A stretch of 64,000 nt of DNA, taken from NCBI GenBank assembly GCA_039798785.1, contig JBDKFG010000024.1:1-64000 (forward strand), given 5' to 3'. Both the position numbers and the translations under genes were made by a program. Below the pieces are notes generated by a model. That model worked only from the letters and a program-made list of their open reading frames with translations. It had not been told where the DNA came from and did no database searches. Positions 20,052 to 27,943 of the stretch are shown here, one piece after another (within the stretch, counting starts at the first letter, position 1; each line of letters opens with the position of its first letter). Source of the stretch: Verrucomicrobiota bacterium (lineage in GTDB: Bacteria > Verrucomicrobiota > Lentisphaeria > Lentisphaerales > Lentisphaeraceae).

Positions 20052-20500
20052 CCACGAAATACACGAAATACACAAAATGAACGGCACGAATCTGATCTAT
20101 GGCGATGAATGCTACGCCCTGCAAGGCGCAGTCTTCGAAGTCTATCGTCAGATGGGTGCCGGCTTTTTGGAAGCCGTGTATCAGGAGTGCCTCGAACTCG
20201 AACTTCAGGCTCGCGGCATCCCCTATCAATCGCAGCACGATCTCCTTCTCAGCTACAAAGGGACGCCTTTGAAGCATCGCTACATTCCGGATCTCATCTG
20301 TTATGGCAAGATCATCATCGAACTCAAGGCGACCAAAGATCTTGCCGAAGAGCACCAAGCTCAAGTCTTCAACTATCTCCGCGCGACCAACTTCAAGCTC
20401 GGCCTCCTGATCAACTTCGGCCATCACCCCAAAGTCCAGATTCAAAGGATCGCCCTCTAAAATTCCTTTCGTGTATTTCGTGTATTTCGTGGTTAAACCC
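20044..20500. mobile_element. GxxExxY cassette bounded by 34-bp inverted repeats of 9-mer tandem units
   Basis: 20044-20077 gggtttaaccacgaaatacacgaaatacacaaaa vs reverse complement of 20467-20500, one mismatch. Confidence 0.75.
20077..20460 (+). CDS. GxxExxY protein (PD-(D/E)XK nuclease-like)
   Basis: GAGFLEAVYQECL, PDLICYGKIIIELK, QVFNYL..GLLINFG. Confidence 0.93.
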   Translation: MNGTNLIYGDECYALQGAVFEVYRQMGAGFLEAVYQECLELELQARGIPYQSQHDLLLSYKGTPLKHRYIPDLICYGKIIIELKATKDLAEEHQAQVFNYLRATNFKLGLLINFGHHPKVQIQRIAL

Positions 20501-20521
20501 TCGTTCACAGGATCCTCTCTC

Positions 20522-21352
20522 ATGCGCATCGACTCACACCAGCACTTCTGGGCCTACTCCGAGCAGGACTACGGATGGATCGATCCGGTCTCGATGGCCG
20601 CGATCAAGCGCAGCTTCGCCCCCGCCGATCTCGCGCCGCTGCTGAAATCGCAAAATCTCGACGGCTGCGTCGCGGTGCAGGCCCGCCAGGAGGAGATCGA
20701 GAACCGCTACCTGCTCGACTGCGCCCAGGAATCCAGCATCGTCAAAGGCGTCGTCGGCTGGGTCGATCTGCGCTCGCCGCAAGTCGACGAATCGCTGGCC
20801 AGATGGGCCGCGGAACCGCCCTTCAAGGGCATCCGCCACATCGTCCAGGGCGAGAAGGACGGCTTCCTCGACCAGGCCGATTTCCGCCGCGGCGTCGCCC
20901 GCCTGCCCGCCCACGGGCTCACCTACGACATCCTCGTCTTCGCCCGCCAATTGCCCGAAGTCCTGCGCTTCGTCGACGCCTTCCCCGGCGACTTCCCCTT
21001 CGTCGTCGACCACCTCGCCAAACCCGACATCAAGAACGGCGAACACGTCGTCTGGGACAAGAACATCCGCGAGCTCGCCAAGCGATCCAATGTGCGCTGC
21101 AAGCTTAGTGGCATGGTCACCGAGGCCGACCTGAAGAAGTGGAAGAAATCCGACTTCACTCCCTACCTCGACACACTGCTCGAGGCCTTCGGTCCCGAGC
21201 GCCTGATGTACGGCTCCGACTGGCCGGTCTGCCTCCTCGCCGCCGAGTACGGTCAGGTCTACGATCTCGCTGCCGAGTTTGCAGCCAAACTCAGCTCCAG
21301 CGAACAGTCCGCCATCTTCGGACTCAATGCCCAGAAATTCTATCGACTCTAA
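20522..21352 (+). CDS. Amidohydrolase-2 family lactonase (L-fuconolactonase-like)
   Basis: IDSHQHFW, GVVGWVDL, DHLAKP, KLSGMVTEA, GSDWPV. Confidence 0.9.
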   Translation: MRIDSHQHFWAYSEQDYGWIDPVSMAAIKRSFAPADLAPLLKSQNLDGCVAVQARQEEIENRYLLDCAQESSIVKGVVGWVDLRSPQVDESLARWAAEPPFKGIRHIVQGEKDGFLDQADFRRGVARLPAHGLTYDILVFARQLPEVLRFVDAFPGDFPFVVDHLAKPDIKNGEHVVWDKNIRELAKRSNVRCKLSGMVTEADLKKWKKSDFTPYLDTLLEAFGPERLMYGSDWPVCLLAAEYGQVYDLAAEFAAKLSSSEQSAIFGLNAQKFYRL

Positions 21353-21369
21353 CCCAAGGAAACCCAAAC

Positions 21370-22263
21370 ATGCCCGCCAAAAAAGCCCCCGCCAAGAAAG
21401 TCGCCGCGCCGGTCAAGAAAGCCGCCGCCCCCGCCGCCAAAGCCCCGGTCAAGAAAGCCGCTGCGCCCGCCGCGAAAACCCTCGGCTCCGGCAAGCTCGC
21501 CGGCAAGCTCGCCGCGATCACCGGCGGCGCCTCCGGCATCGGCCGCGCCATCGCCGAAACCTTCGCCGCCGAAGGCGCCAAGGTGCTCATCCTCGACGTC
21601 AACGCCGACAACGGCAAGGACACCCTCGCCGCGATCAAGAAGGCCGGTGGCCAGGCCGACTTCGCCCAGACCGACATCACCGACTTCGCCGCCGTCGACA
21701 AGCTCTTCAAGGCCGCCGCCAAGAAGCACGGCAGCTTCGACGTGCTGGTCAACTCCGCCGGCATCGCCGCCGTCGGCAACATCGAGACCTGCTCCCCCGA
21801 CGAGTTCGACCGCGTCATGAACGTCAACATCAAAGGCACCTTCAACACCTGCAAGGCCGCCGTCGGCCTGATGAAGGGCAAGAAGGGCTCGATCGTCAAC
21901 CTCGCCTCCGTCGCATCGCGCCTCGGCCTGCCCGACCGCCTCGCCTACGGCACCAGCAAGGGCGCCGTCCTGACCATGACCTACTCGATCGCCACCGACT
22001 ACGTCAAGCACGGCATCCGCTGCAACGCCATCGCCCCGGCCCGCGTCCACACCCCCTTCGTCGACGGCTTCCTGAAGAAGAACTACCCCGGCAAGGAAGC
22101 CGAGATGTTCGCCAAGCTCAGCGCCACCCAGCCGATCGGCCGCATGGGCCAGCCCAGCGAGATCGCCGCCGCCGCCCTCTTCCTCGCCTCCGACGACGCC
22201 GGCTTCATCACCGGCACCTGCCTCGACGTCGACGGCGGCTTCGTCCACTGCAAGCTGAACTGA
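21370..22263 (+). CDS. SDR dehydrogenase (2-keto-3-deoxy-L-fuconate dehydrogenase-like) with N-terminal PAKK-rich extension
   Basis: TGGASGIG, VNSAG, YGTSKGA, IRCNAIAPARVHTPFV. Confidence 0.88.
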   Translation: MPAKKAPAKKVAAPVKKAAAPAAKAPVKKAAAPAAKTLGSGKLAGKLAAITGGASGIGRAIAETFAAEGAKVLILDVNADNGKDTLAAIKKAGGQADFAQTDITDFAAVDKLFKAAAKKHGSFDVLVNSAGIAAVGNIETCSPDEFDRVMNVNIKGTFNTCKAAVGLMKGKKGSIVNLASVASRLGLPDRLAYGTSKGAVLTMTYSIATDYVKHGIRCNAIAPARVHTPFVDGFLKKNYPGKEAEMFAKLSATQPIGRMGQPSEIAAAALFLASDDAGFITGTCLDVDGGFVHCKLN

Positions 22264-22344
22264 AGAGTCTCCAAGAGCAGATCAGGATTTTGCATGGTAG
22301 CAGTCCAGTTTAGGCCCATTTGCGAGCTCCGGTTCTGGAGCCCT

Positions 22345-22553
22345 GACCCCTTGCGGGTCGCACATGGTAGCCCAGGGTCGAGCCGCATCGGCGATGACCC
22401 TGGGTTGCAAGGCTCTGGATTTTGCCGACCCGCATCGGGTCGCACAGCGTTGGTTCGAGCACTGTGCGACCCGCAAGGGGTCGGAAGTCATTTTTCACAT
22501 CATCCCCAGGGTCGAGGCGACCCTGGGCTACCATGTGCGACCCGCAAGGGGTC
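22345..22553. repeat. Nested-palindrome REP/BIME-like element
   Basis: Perfect 36-bp IR 22345-22380/22518-22553; inner IR within 22425-22483. Confidence 0.85.
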
Positions 22554-22757
22554 GTGCAAATGAAGGCGACGCACCCCCAATCGCTAGGGATAGACGGACG
22601 GGAAGCACCTTTCGAAGATGTCCAACTTGCAGATGACACAGCCGATTTGGAATTGCTTCGAGCCGCGAAGCTGGACGATCCGGCTCCGAGCCTCACTTTG
22701 GCAGATGTCAGACTAACACTCGTTTCCTCCAAGAACAAATAAAGGATACCTCAAACC

Positions 22758-23705
22758 ATGAAACTCATTCGATTCGGCAAAGCCGGCGCTGAAAAGTGCG
22801 GCGTCATCCACCAAGGTCAGCGTCTCGACGTCTCGGCCTTCGCCTCCAACTACGACGAAGCCTTCTTCGCTGATGGCGGCATCAAGAAGCTCGCGACCTG
22901 GCTGAAGAAAAACGCCGCCTCCTGCCCGGTCGTTCCGGAGCGCACCCGCCTCGGCTCCTGCGTCGCCCGTCCCTCGAAGATCATCTGCATCGGCCTCAAC
23001 TACCGCAAGCATGCTCTTGAGACCAACGCACCCATCCCGAAAGAGCCGATCGTCTTCTTCAAGGCCACCAGCGCTCTCACCGGCCCTAACGACGGCCTGA
23101 CCATCCCCAAGAACTCGGTCAAGTCCGACTGGGAAGTCGAGCTCGCCATCGTCATCGGCAAGAAGACCCAATACGTCAGCGAGAAGGACGCCCTCTCCCA
23201 CGTCGCCGGCTACTGCGTCCACAACGACTACTCCGAGCGCGAATGGCAGATCGAGCGCGGCGGCCAGTGGGTCAAGGGCAAGTCGGCCGACACCTTCGCC
23301 CCGATCGGTCCTTGGCTAGTCACCGCCGATGAAGTCAAGGATCCCCAGAACCTCCTCCTCTGGCTCGAAGTCAACGGCGAGCGGGTGCAGAACTCCAACA
23401 CCTCGGACATGATCTTCAACTGCGCCCACATCGTCAGCTACCTGTCGCAGTTCATGACCCTGCTGCCCGGCGACGTCATCACCACCGGCACCCCCGAAGG
23501 CGTCGGTCTCGGCTTCAAGCCGGTGCCCCGCTTCATCAAGCCCGGCGACGTCATCGAGCTCGGCATCGAGGGTCTCGGCACCCAGAAGCAGAAGGCTTCC
23601 GCCTGGAAAGCCGAAGGCAAGGCCGCCAAAGCCAAGACACCCGCAGCCAAGGCTGCCCCCAAAGTAGGCAAAATAGCCGTCAAGAAGACCTCCAAGAAGA
23701 AGTGA
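22758..23705 (+). CDS. Fumarylacetoacetate hydrolase family protein with Lys/Ala-rich C-terminal tail
   Basis: KIICIGLNY, DWEVEL, NDYSER, KGKSADTF, LLPGDVITTGTP. Confidence 0.92.
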   Translation: MKLIRFGKAGAEKCGVIHQGQRLDVSAFASNYDEAFFADGGIKKLATWLKKNAASCPVVPERTRLGSCVARPSKIICIGLNYRKHALETNAPIPKEPIVFFKATSALTGPNDGLTIPKNSVKSDWEVELAIVIGKKTQYVSEKDALSHVAGYCVHNDYSEREWQIERGGQWVKGKSADTFAPIGPWLVTADEVKDPQNLLLWLEVNGERVQNSNTSDMIFNCAHIVSYLSQFMTLLPGDVITTGTPEGVGLGFKPVPRFIKPGDVIELGIEGLGTQKQKASAWKAEGKAAKAKTPAAKAAPKVGKIAVKKTSKKK

Positions 23706-23721
23706 GTCAGCTACGAGACCT

Positions 23722-23755
23722 AAAAAAACGCCGGCCTTCTCAGGTCGGCGTTTTT
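23722..23755 (+). terminator. Intrinsic (possibly bidirectional) terminator
   Basis: aaaaaaacgccggcc-ttctc-aggtcggcgttttt. Confidence 0.8.
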
Positions 23756-23932
23756 AATCCTAAATTCCGACCTCTATTGATCCAAATCAAGCTCAATTGA
23801 ACCGCAGAAGAGGCCAAAGAACGCAGAAAGAGTGATTGACAGAGGAGTGACCGCTCACCTTTCGTTTTTTGTGCTCCGTGCTCCTTCGAGCAAGACAGGT
23901 CCCGGCAGGTTGAATTGAAAGGATGGAGTGGG

Positions 23933-24064
23933 CTCGAGAGTCACGAGTTCGTCGTGTTGAGGTCAAGTTTGTAGCGGCTTCAGCCGGCTTGTTCTGCATC
24001 TGCCAGATTTTGAGCTCAACGGCCGGTTGAAGCCAGAGCTACAAACAGAACTCTTGACTCTCGA
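23933..24064. repeat. Long nested inverted repeat containing a GTAG-type REP doublet
   Basis: ctcgagagtcacgagttc..tttgtagcggcttcagccggc / gccggttgaagccagagctacaaa..gaactcttgactctcgag. Confidence 0.65.
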
Positions 24065-24320
24065 GAGTGGGAAGGGAAGATTGAAAAGCACAGCACCTTT
24101 CATTCAACTCACATCATAACCTATTTTTTTCTATTATTTACAGTTCCCCCAAATGTCTCCTGCTAACACCCGTTAGCTGGAAATAGGATCGGCGTCAAAC
24201 CTGCGTCTGACGCCGACCTCTGTCAAGATAAGCGACAAAATCCAAGGCTGTCAGCACCGAGACTAAGTAAACCAGCGCCTCCTTTGCTGGAGACGCTGGC
24301 CGGACAAGCTTGGAGCTGGA

Positions 24321-25628
24321 TCAGCCGCCGAAGTCGTCGAGGTGGATCTGGCTGCGGTCGACGCCGAGGTTGACCAGCATGTCGATCACCGACTTGTTCA
24401 TGATCGGCGGGCCGCACATGTAGTAGTCGATGTCTTCGGGCGCCTCGTGATTCTTGAGGTACTGCTCGAGGATGACGTTGTGGATGAAGCCGCGGAAGCC
24501 GGAGGCTTCAGTGTCGTTCATGTCTTTCTTGACGGTCCAGCGGCCTTCGTCTTCGGGAGCCTTGTCGGAGAGGGCGACGAAGTACTTGAAGTTGGGGAAC
24601 TGCTTCTCGATCGACTTGAAGTCTTCATCGTAGAACATTTCCTTCATCGAGCGGGCGCCGTACCAGAAGGTGGCCTTGCGGGTCGATTTCTGGGTCTGGA
24701 AGAGGTCGAAGATGTGCGAACGCATGGGAGCCATGCCGGCGCCGCCGCCGATGAACATGATTTCACGGTTGTTGTGATTCATGTAGAACTCGCCGTAGGG
24801 GCCGGAGATCTTGACCTTGTCGCCCTTCTTGAGGTTGAAGATGTAGGACGAGGCCTTGCCGGCGGGGACTTGTTTCCAACCGGAGGGGTGGTTGCGGTCC
24901 GGGGGCGGGTGGGCGATACGGACGTTGAGCATGACGATGTTGCCTTCGGCCGGGTGGTTGGCCATCGAGTAGGCGCGTTCGCAGGCTTCGGTGGTCTTGG
25001 AGCCGAGCTCCCACATCTTGAACTTGTCCCAGTCGGCCTTGAAGAGCTCGCCCTTGGGGCCGAGGTCGATGGTCTTGTAGGACATGTCGTACTCGGGGAT
25101 TTCGATCTGGATGTAGCCGCCGGCCTTGAAGTCGAGGTTTTCGCCGGGGGGCAGCTTGACCTTGAATTCCTTGATGAAGGTGGCGACGTTGTCGTTGGAG
25201 ACGACTTCGCATTCCCACGACTTGGCGCCGGCCTCGGCGTGGATCTTGATGTCGTCCTTGACCTTGACCTGGCAGGCGAGGCGCCAGCCTTCCTGGATCT
25301 GCTTCAGGTTGAGGTGGGACTTCTCAGAGGGCAGGACTTCGCCGCCGCCGGCGAGGACCTGGCACTTGCACTGGCCGCAGGAGCCGCCGCCGCCGCAGGC
25401 GGAAGCGATCTTGACGGCGTTGTCGTTGAGGGCGTTGAGCAGGGTGGTGCCGCGAGGAGTCTCGACGGTCTTGAAGCCATGGTTGATGTCGATCTTGGCA
25501 TTGCCCTGGGGGGTGAGGAATTTGGCCGCGACCTGGATGATGGCGGTCAGGCCGAGAATGATGGCGAGGAAGACGGCGACGCCGACGAAGACCATCTTGG
25601 TGTCGATTTCAGCGATCAGGAGTTCCAT
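24321..25628 (-). CDS. nqrF: Na+-NQR subunit F
   Basis: SACGGGGSCGQC, RAYSMAN, GGGAGMAPMRSH, YMCGPP, DDFGG. Confidence 0.97.
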   Translation of the reverse strand: MELLIAEIDTKMVFVGVAVFLAIILGLTAIIQVAAKFLTPQGNAKIDINHGFKTVETPRGTTLLNALNDNAVKIASACGGGGSCGQCKCQVLAGGGEVLPSEKSHLNLKQIQEGWRLACQVKVKDDIKIHAEAGAKSWECEVVSNDNVATFIKEFKVKLPPGENLDFKAGGYIQIEIPEYDMSYKTIDLGPKGELFKADWDKFKMWELGSKTTEACERAYSMANHPAEGNIVMLNVRIAHPPPDRNHPSGWKQVPAGKASSYIFNLKKGDKVKISGPYGEFYMNHNNREIMFIGGGAGMAPMRSHIFDLFQTQKSTRKATFWYGARSMKEMFYDEDFKSIEKQFPNFKYFVALSDKAPEDEGRWTVKKDMNDTEASGFRGFIHNVILEQYLKNHEAPEDIDYYMCGPPIMNKSVIDMLVNLGVDRSQIHLDDFGG

Positions 25629-25639
25629 AGGGATGGGCC

Positions 25640-26464
25640 TCACTTGTTAGCGGCCGCGGGGGCGGTCGGGAGGTTGAAGGGCGGGGCTTTTTCGGCTTTC
25701 GCCTTTTGGGCCGCCTGGTGCTTCTGGGCGTCGCTGGCCTGCTTGCTCAGCTTGTTGAGGTTGATGCCGCCGAAGCCCATGAAGGCCATCGCCATCAGGC
25801 CGGTGGTGGCGAAGGTGATGCCGAGGCCGCGGAGGCCGGCAGGGACGTTGGAGTAGCTCATCTTCTCGCGGGCGCCGGCGAGGGCGACGATGGCGAGGAG
25901 CCAGCCGATGCCGGAGCTGAGGCCGTAGTTGACCGAGCCCCAGAAGCTGTTGTAGATCGAGCTCGGGTCGGCGACGCCTTTGTCGTTGAGGAGGAGGGCG
26001 CCGCCGAGGATGGCGCAGTTCACCGCGATCAGGGGCAGGAAGCTGCCGAGAGCGGTGTAGAGCTTGGCCGACATCTTCTCGATCAGCATTTCCAGGATCT
26101 GCACCACCGCCGCGATCACCGCGATGAAGGAGATGAAGGTCAGGAAGGTGAGGTCGGAAGCCTTGCTGGCCTCGCTGCCGAGCACCGAGGTGTCAGGGCG
26201 GAGGAAGAAGGCGGAGATGAGATAGCAGGCGGGGATGGTGATCGCCATGACGAAGACGACGGCGACGCCGAGGCCGAGGGCGACGTCGACTTTTTTCGAC
26301 AGGGCCAGGTAGGTGCACATGCCAAGGAACACGGCGAAGACCATGTTGTTGACGAAGATGCTCTCGATGGCGAGGGTGAAGTGCTCGGAGACGCTGTGAC
26401 CGCCTTCAGAGGCGGCGCCGCTGAGGCTGGCGAGAAGCGCACAGACGAAGAGAAGGGCTTTCAT
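25640..26464 (-). CDS. nqrE: Na+-NQR subunit E with N- and C-terminal extensions
   Basis: FLGMCTYLA, LPLIAVNCAILG, GLRGLGITF; operon position. Confidence 0.93.
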   Translation of the reverse strand: MKALLFVCALLASLSGAASEGGHSVSEHFTLAIESIFVNNMVFAVFLGMCTYLALSKKVDVALGLGVAVVFVMAITIPACYLISAFFLRPDTSVLGSEASKASDLTFLTFISFIAVIAAVVQILEMLIEKMSAKLYTALGSFLPLIAVNCAILGGALLLNDKGVADPSSIYNSFWGSVNYGLSSGIGWLLAIVALAGAREKMSYSNVPAGLRGLGITFATTGLMAMAFMGFGGINLNKLSKQASDAQKHQAAQKAKAEKAPPFNLPTAPAAANK

Positions 26465-26475
26465 GGGCTCAGTCC

Positions 26476-27129
26476 TCACTTGTCGTATTGTTTGGTGTAT
26501 TCACGGTGGATCCAGATCAGCACCGCGATGACGACGAAGGCACCGGTGGGAACGATCATGATGCCGTTGTCATAGTACCAGCCGCCGTTGGAGGCGTACC
26601 AGGATTCGGGGATGATGTGCATATCGAAGATCTTGCCGGAGCCGAGGATCTCGCGGAAGACCGCGGTGATGATCAGCAGGGCGCCGTAGCCGGCGCCGTT
26701 GCAAAAGCCGTCGAGGAAGGAGGGCCAGGGCTTGTTGTTGAGCGCAAAGGCTTCGCAACGGCCCATGACGATGCAGTTGGTGATGATCAGGCCGACGAAG
26801 ACCGACAGCTTGGCGCTGAGCTCGTAGGCGTAGGCCTTGAGGAGCTGGTCGACGATGATCACCAGGGTCGAGATGACCACCAGTTCGACGATCATCCGGA
26901 TCTTGCCGGGGATCCAGTTGCGCATCAGCGAGATCGCCAATGTGGCAAAGCCGGTGACCAGCGACACGGCGACAGCCATGATGATGGCCGGCTTCATCGA
27001 GGTGGTGACGGCGAGGGCCGAGCAGATGCCCAGGACCTGGACCGCGATCGGGTTGTTGACGATGAAGGGATCCTTGATCGTCTTCATGTTGGCCGGGGAG
27101 AAGAGGCCGTCGTTAGCGGGAGCGGACAT
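26476..27129 (-). CDS. nqrD: Na+-NQR subunit D
   Basis: NNPIAVQVLGICSALAVT, GLIITNCIVMGR. Confidence 0.96.
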   Translation of the reverse strand: MSAPANDGLFSPANMKTIKDPFIVNNPIAVQVLGICSALAVTTSMKPAIIMAVAVSLVTGFATLAISLMRNWIPGKIRMIVELVVISTLVIIVDQLLKAYAYELSAKLSVFVGLIITNCIVMGRCEAFALNNKPWPSFLDGFCNGAGYGALLIITAVFREILGSGKIFDMHIIPESWYASNGGWYYDNGIMIVPTGAFVVIAVLIWIHREYTKQYDK

Positions 27130-27130
27130 G

Positions 27131-27943
27131 TTATTTGGCTCCTTTGTAGTTCTTGAACACCGGGGTGTAGTAGAGCGTGAAGTCCTTCAACATCTCGTCG
27201 ACACCGGCGGTGGTGAAGGTGGCGCCGGAGAGCGACAGGTAGTTGTTCGGACCCTTCGCGGCGCTCGGGTCTTTCGACGCCTTGACGGCGACGTAATGAC
27301 CGGAAGCGTCGACGATCTTCTTCTTGTCAGGCCACTGGTCTTGGAAGACCGGTTCGTTGATGTTGGCTCCGAGGCCGGGAGTCTCACCATCTTTGTAGTA
27401 GGTGATGCCCATGACGGTCTCGCAGTCGCCCTTGATGGCGAGGAATCCGTAGCAGACGGAGTAGAGGCCGAAGGCCGAGATCGGCATGGCGAAGCCGGCG
27501 GGCTTGTTGGCGGCCTTGTCGGCTTCGGACGCGTAAAGCGCGAAGAAGGGCAGCTTGGCTTCGGCGCGGGCCTTGGCTTCGTCCTCGGGAGAGCTGTCGT
27601 GAGCGACCTTGAGCTTCTTGATCTCGGCCTTGGGATCGAGGGCCTTGATCACTCCAGCATCGAGATCAAGCAGCTTACCGTTGCCGTCGCAGGCTTTGGC
27701 GACGACGAACTTGGAGTTCCAGCCGCTGGTCTCGAAGGCGGCGAGGATGTCTTGGGCTGCGACCTTTTCACCTTTCTTGACGACCTGGAAGGCGTTGAGG
27801 ATCTTGGTCTTCTTGTAGACGTCGGCGGCGGTCTCCTGCTGCTTGGCGAGAGCGCTGGCGCAGAAGCCGAGGACGCTGCCGCTGACCACGGTGACGAGGG
27901 CGGCGAAGCCGAAGGTGTAGGGGGTGGAGTTTTTGTTAAGCAT
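27131..27943 (-). CDS. nqrC: Na+-NQR subunit C
   Basis: GETPGLGA, SGAT FMN site; operon position. Confidence 0.9.
   Translation of the reverse strand: MLNKNSTPYTFGFAALVTVVSGSVLGFCASALAKQQETAADVYKKTKILNAFQVVKKGEKVAAQDILAAFETSGWNSKFVVAKACDGNGKLLDLDAGVIKALDPKAEIKKLKVAHDSSPEDEAKARAEAKLPFFALYASEADKAANKPAGFAMPISAFGLYSVCYGFLAIKGDCETVMGITYYKDGETPGLGANINEPVFQDQWPDKKKIVDASGHYVAVKASKDPSAAKGPNNYLSLSGATFTTAGVDEMLKDFTLYYTPVFKNYKGAK

Noticed and set aside
20471..20521. N-terminal extension MYFVYFVV of the amidohydrolase, and the antisense ORF with TKYTKYTK
   Set aside because: These are translations of the inverted-repeat arm; the family-typical start MRIDSHQHFW is at 20522.
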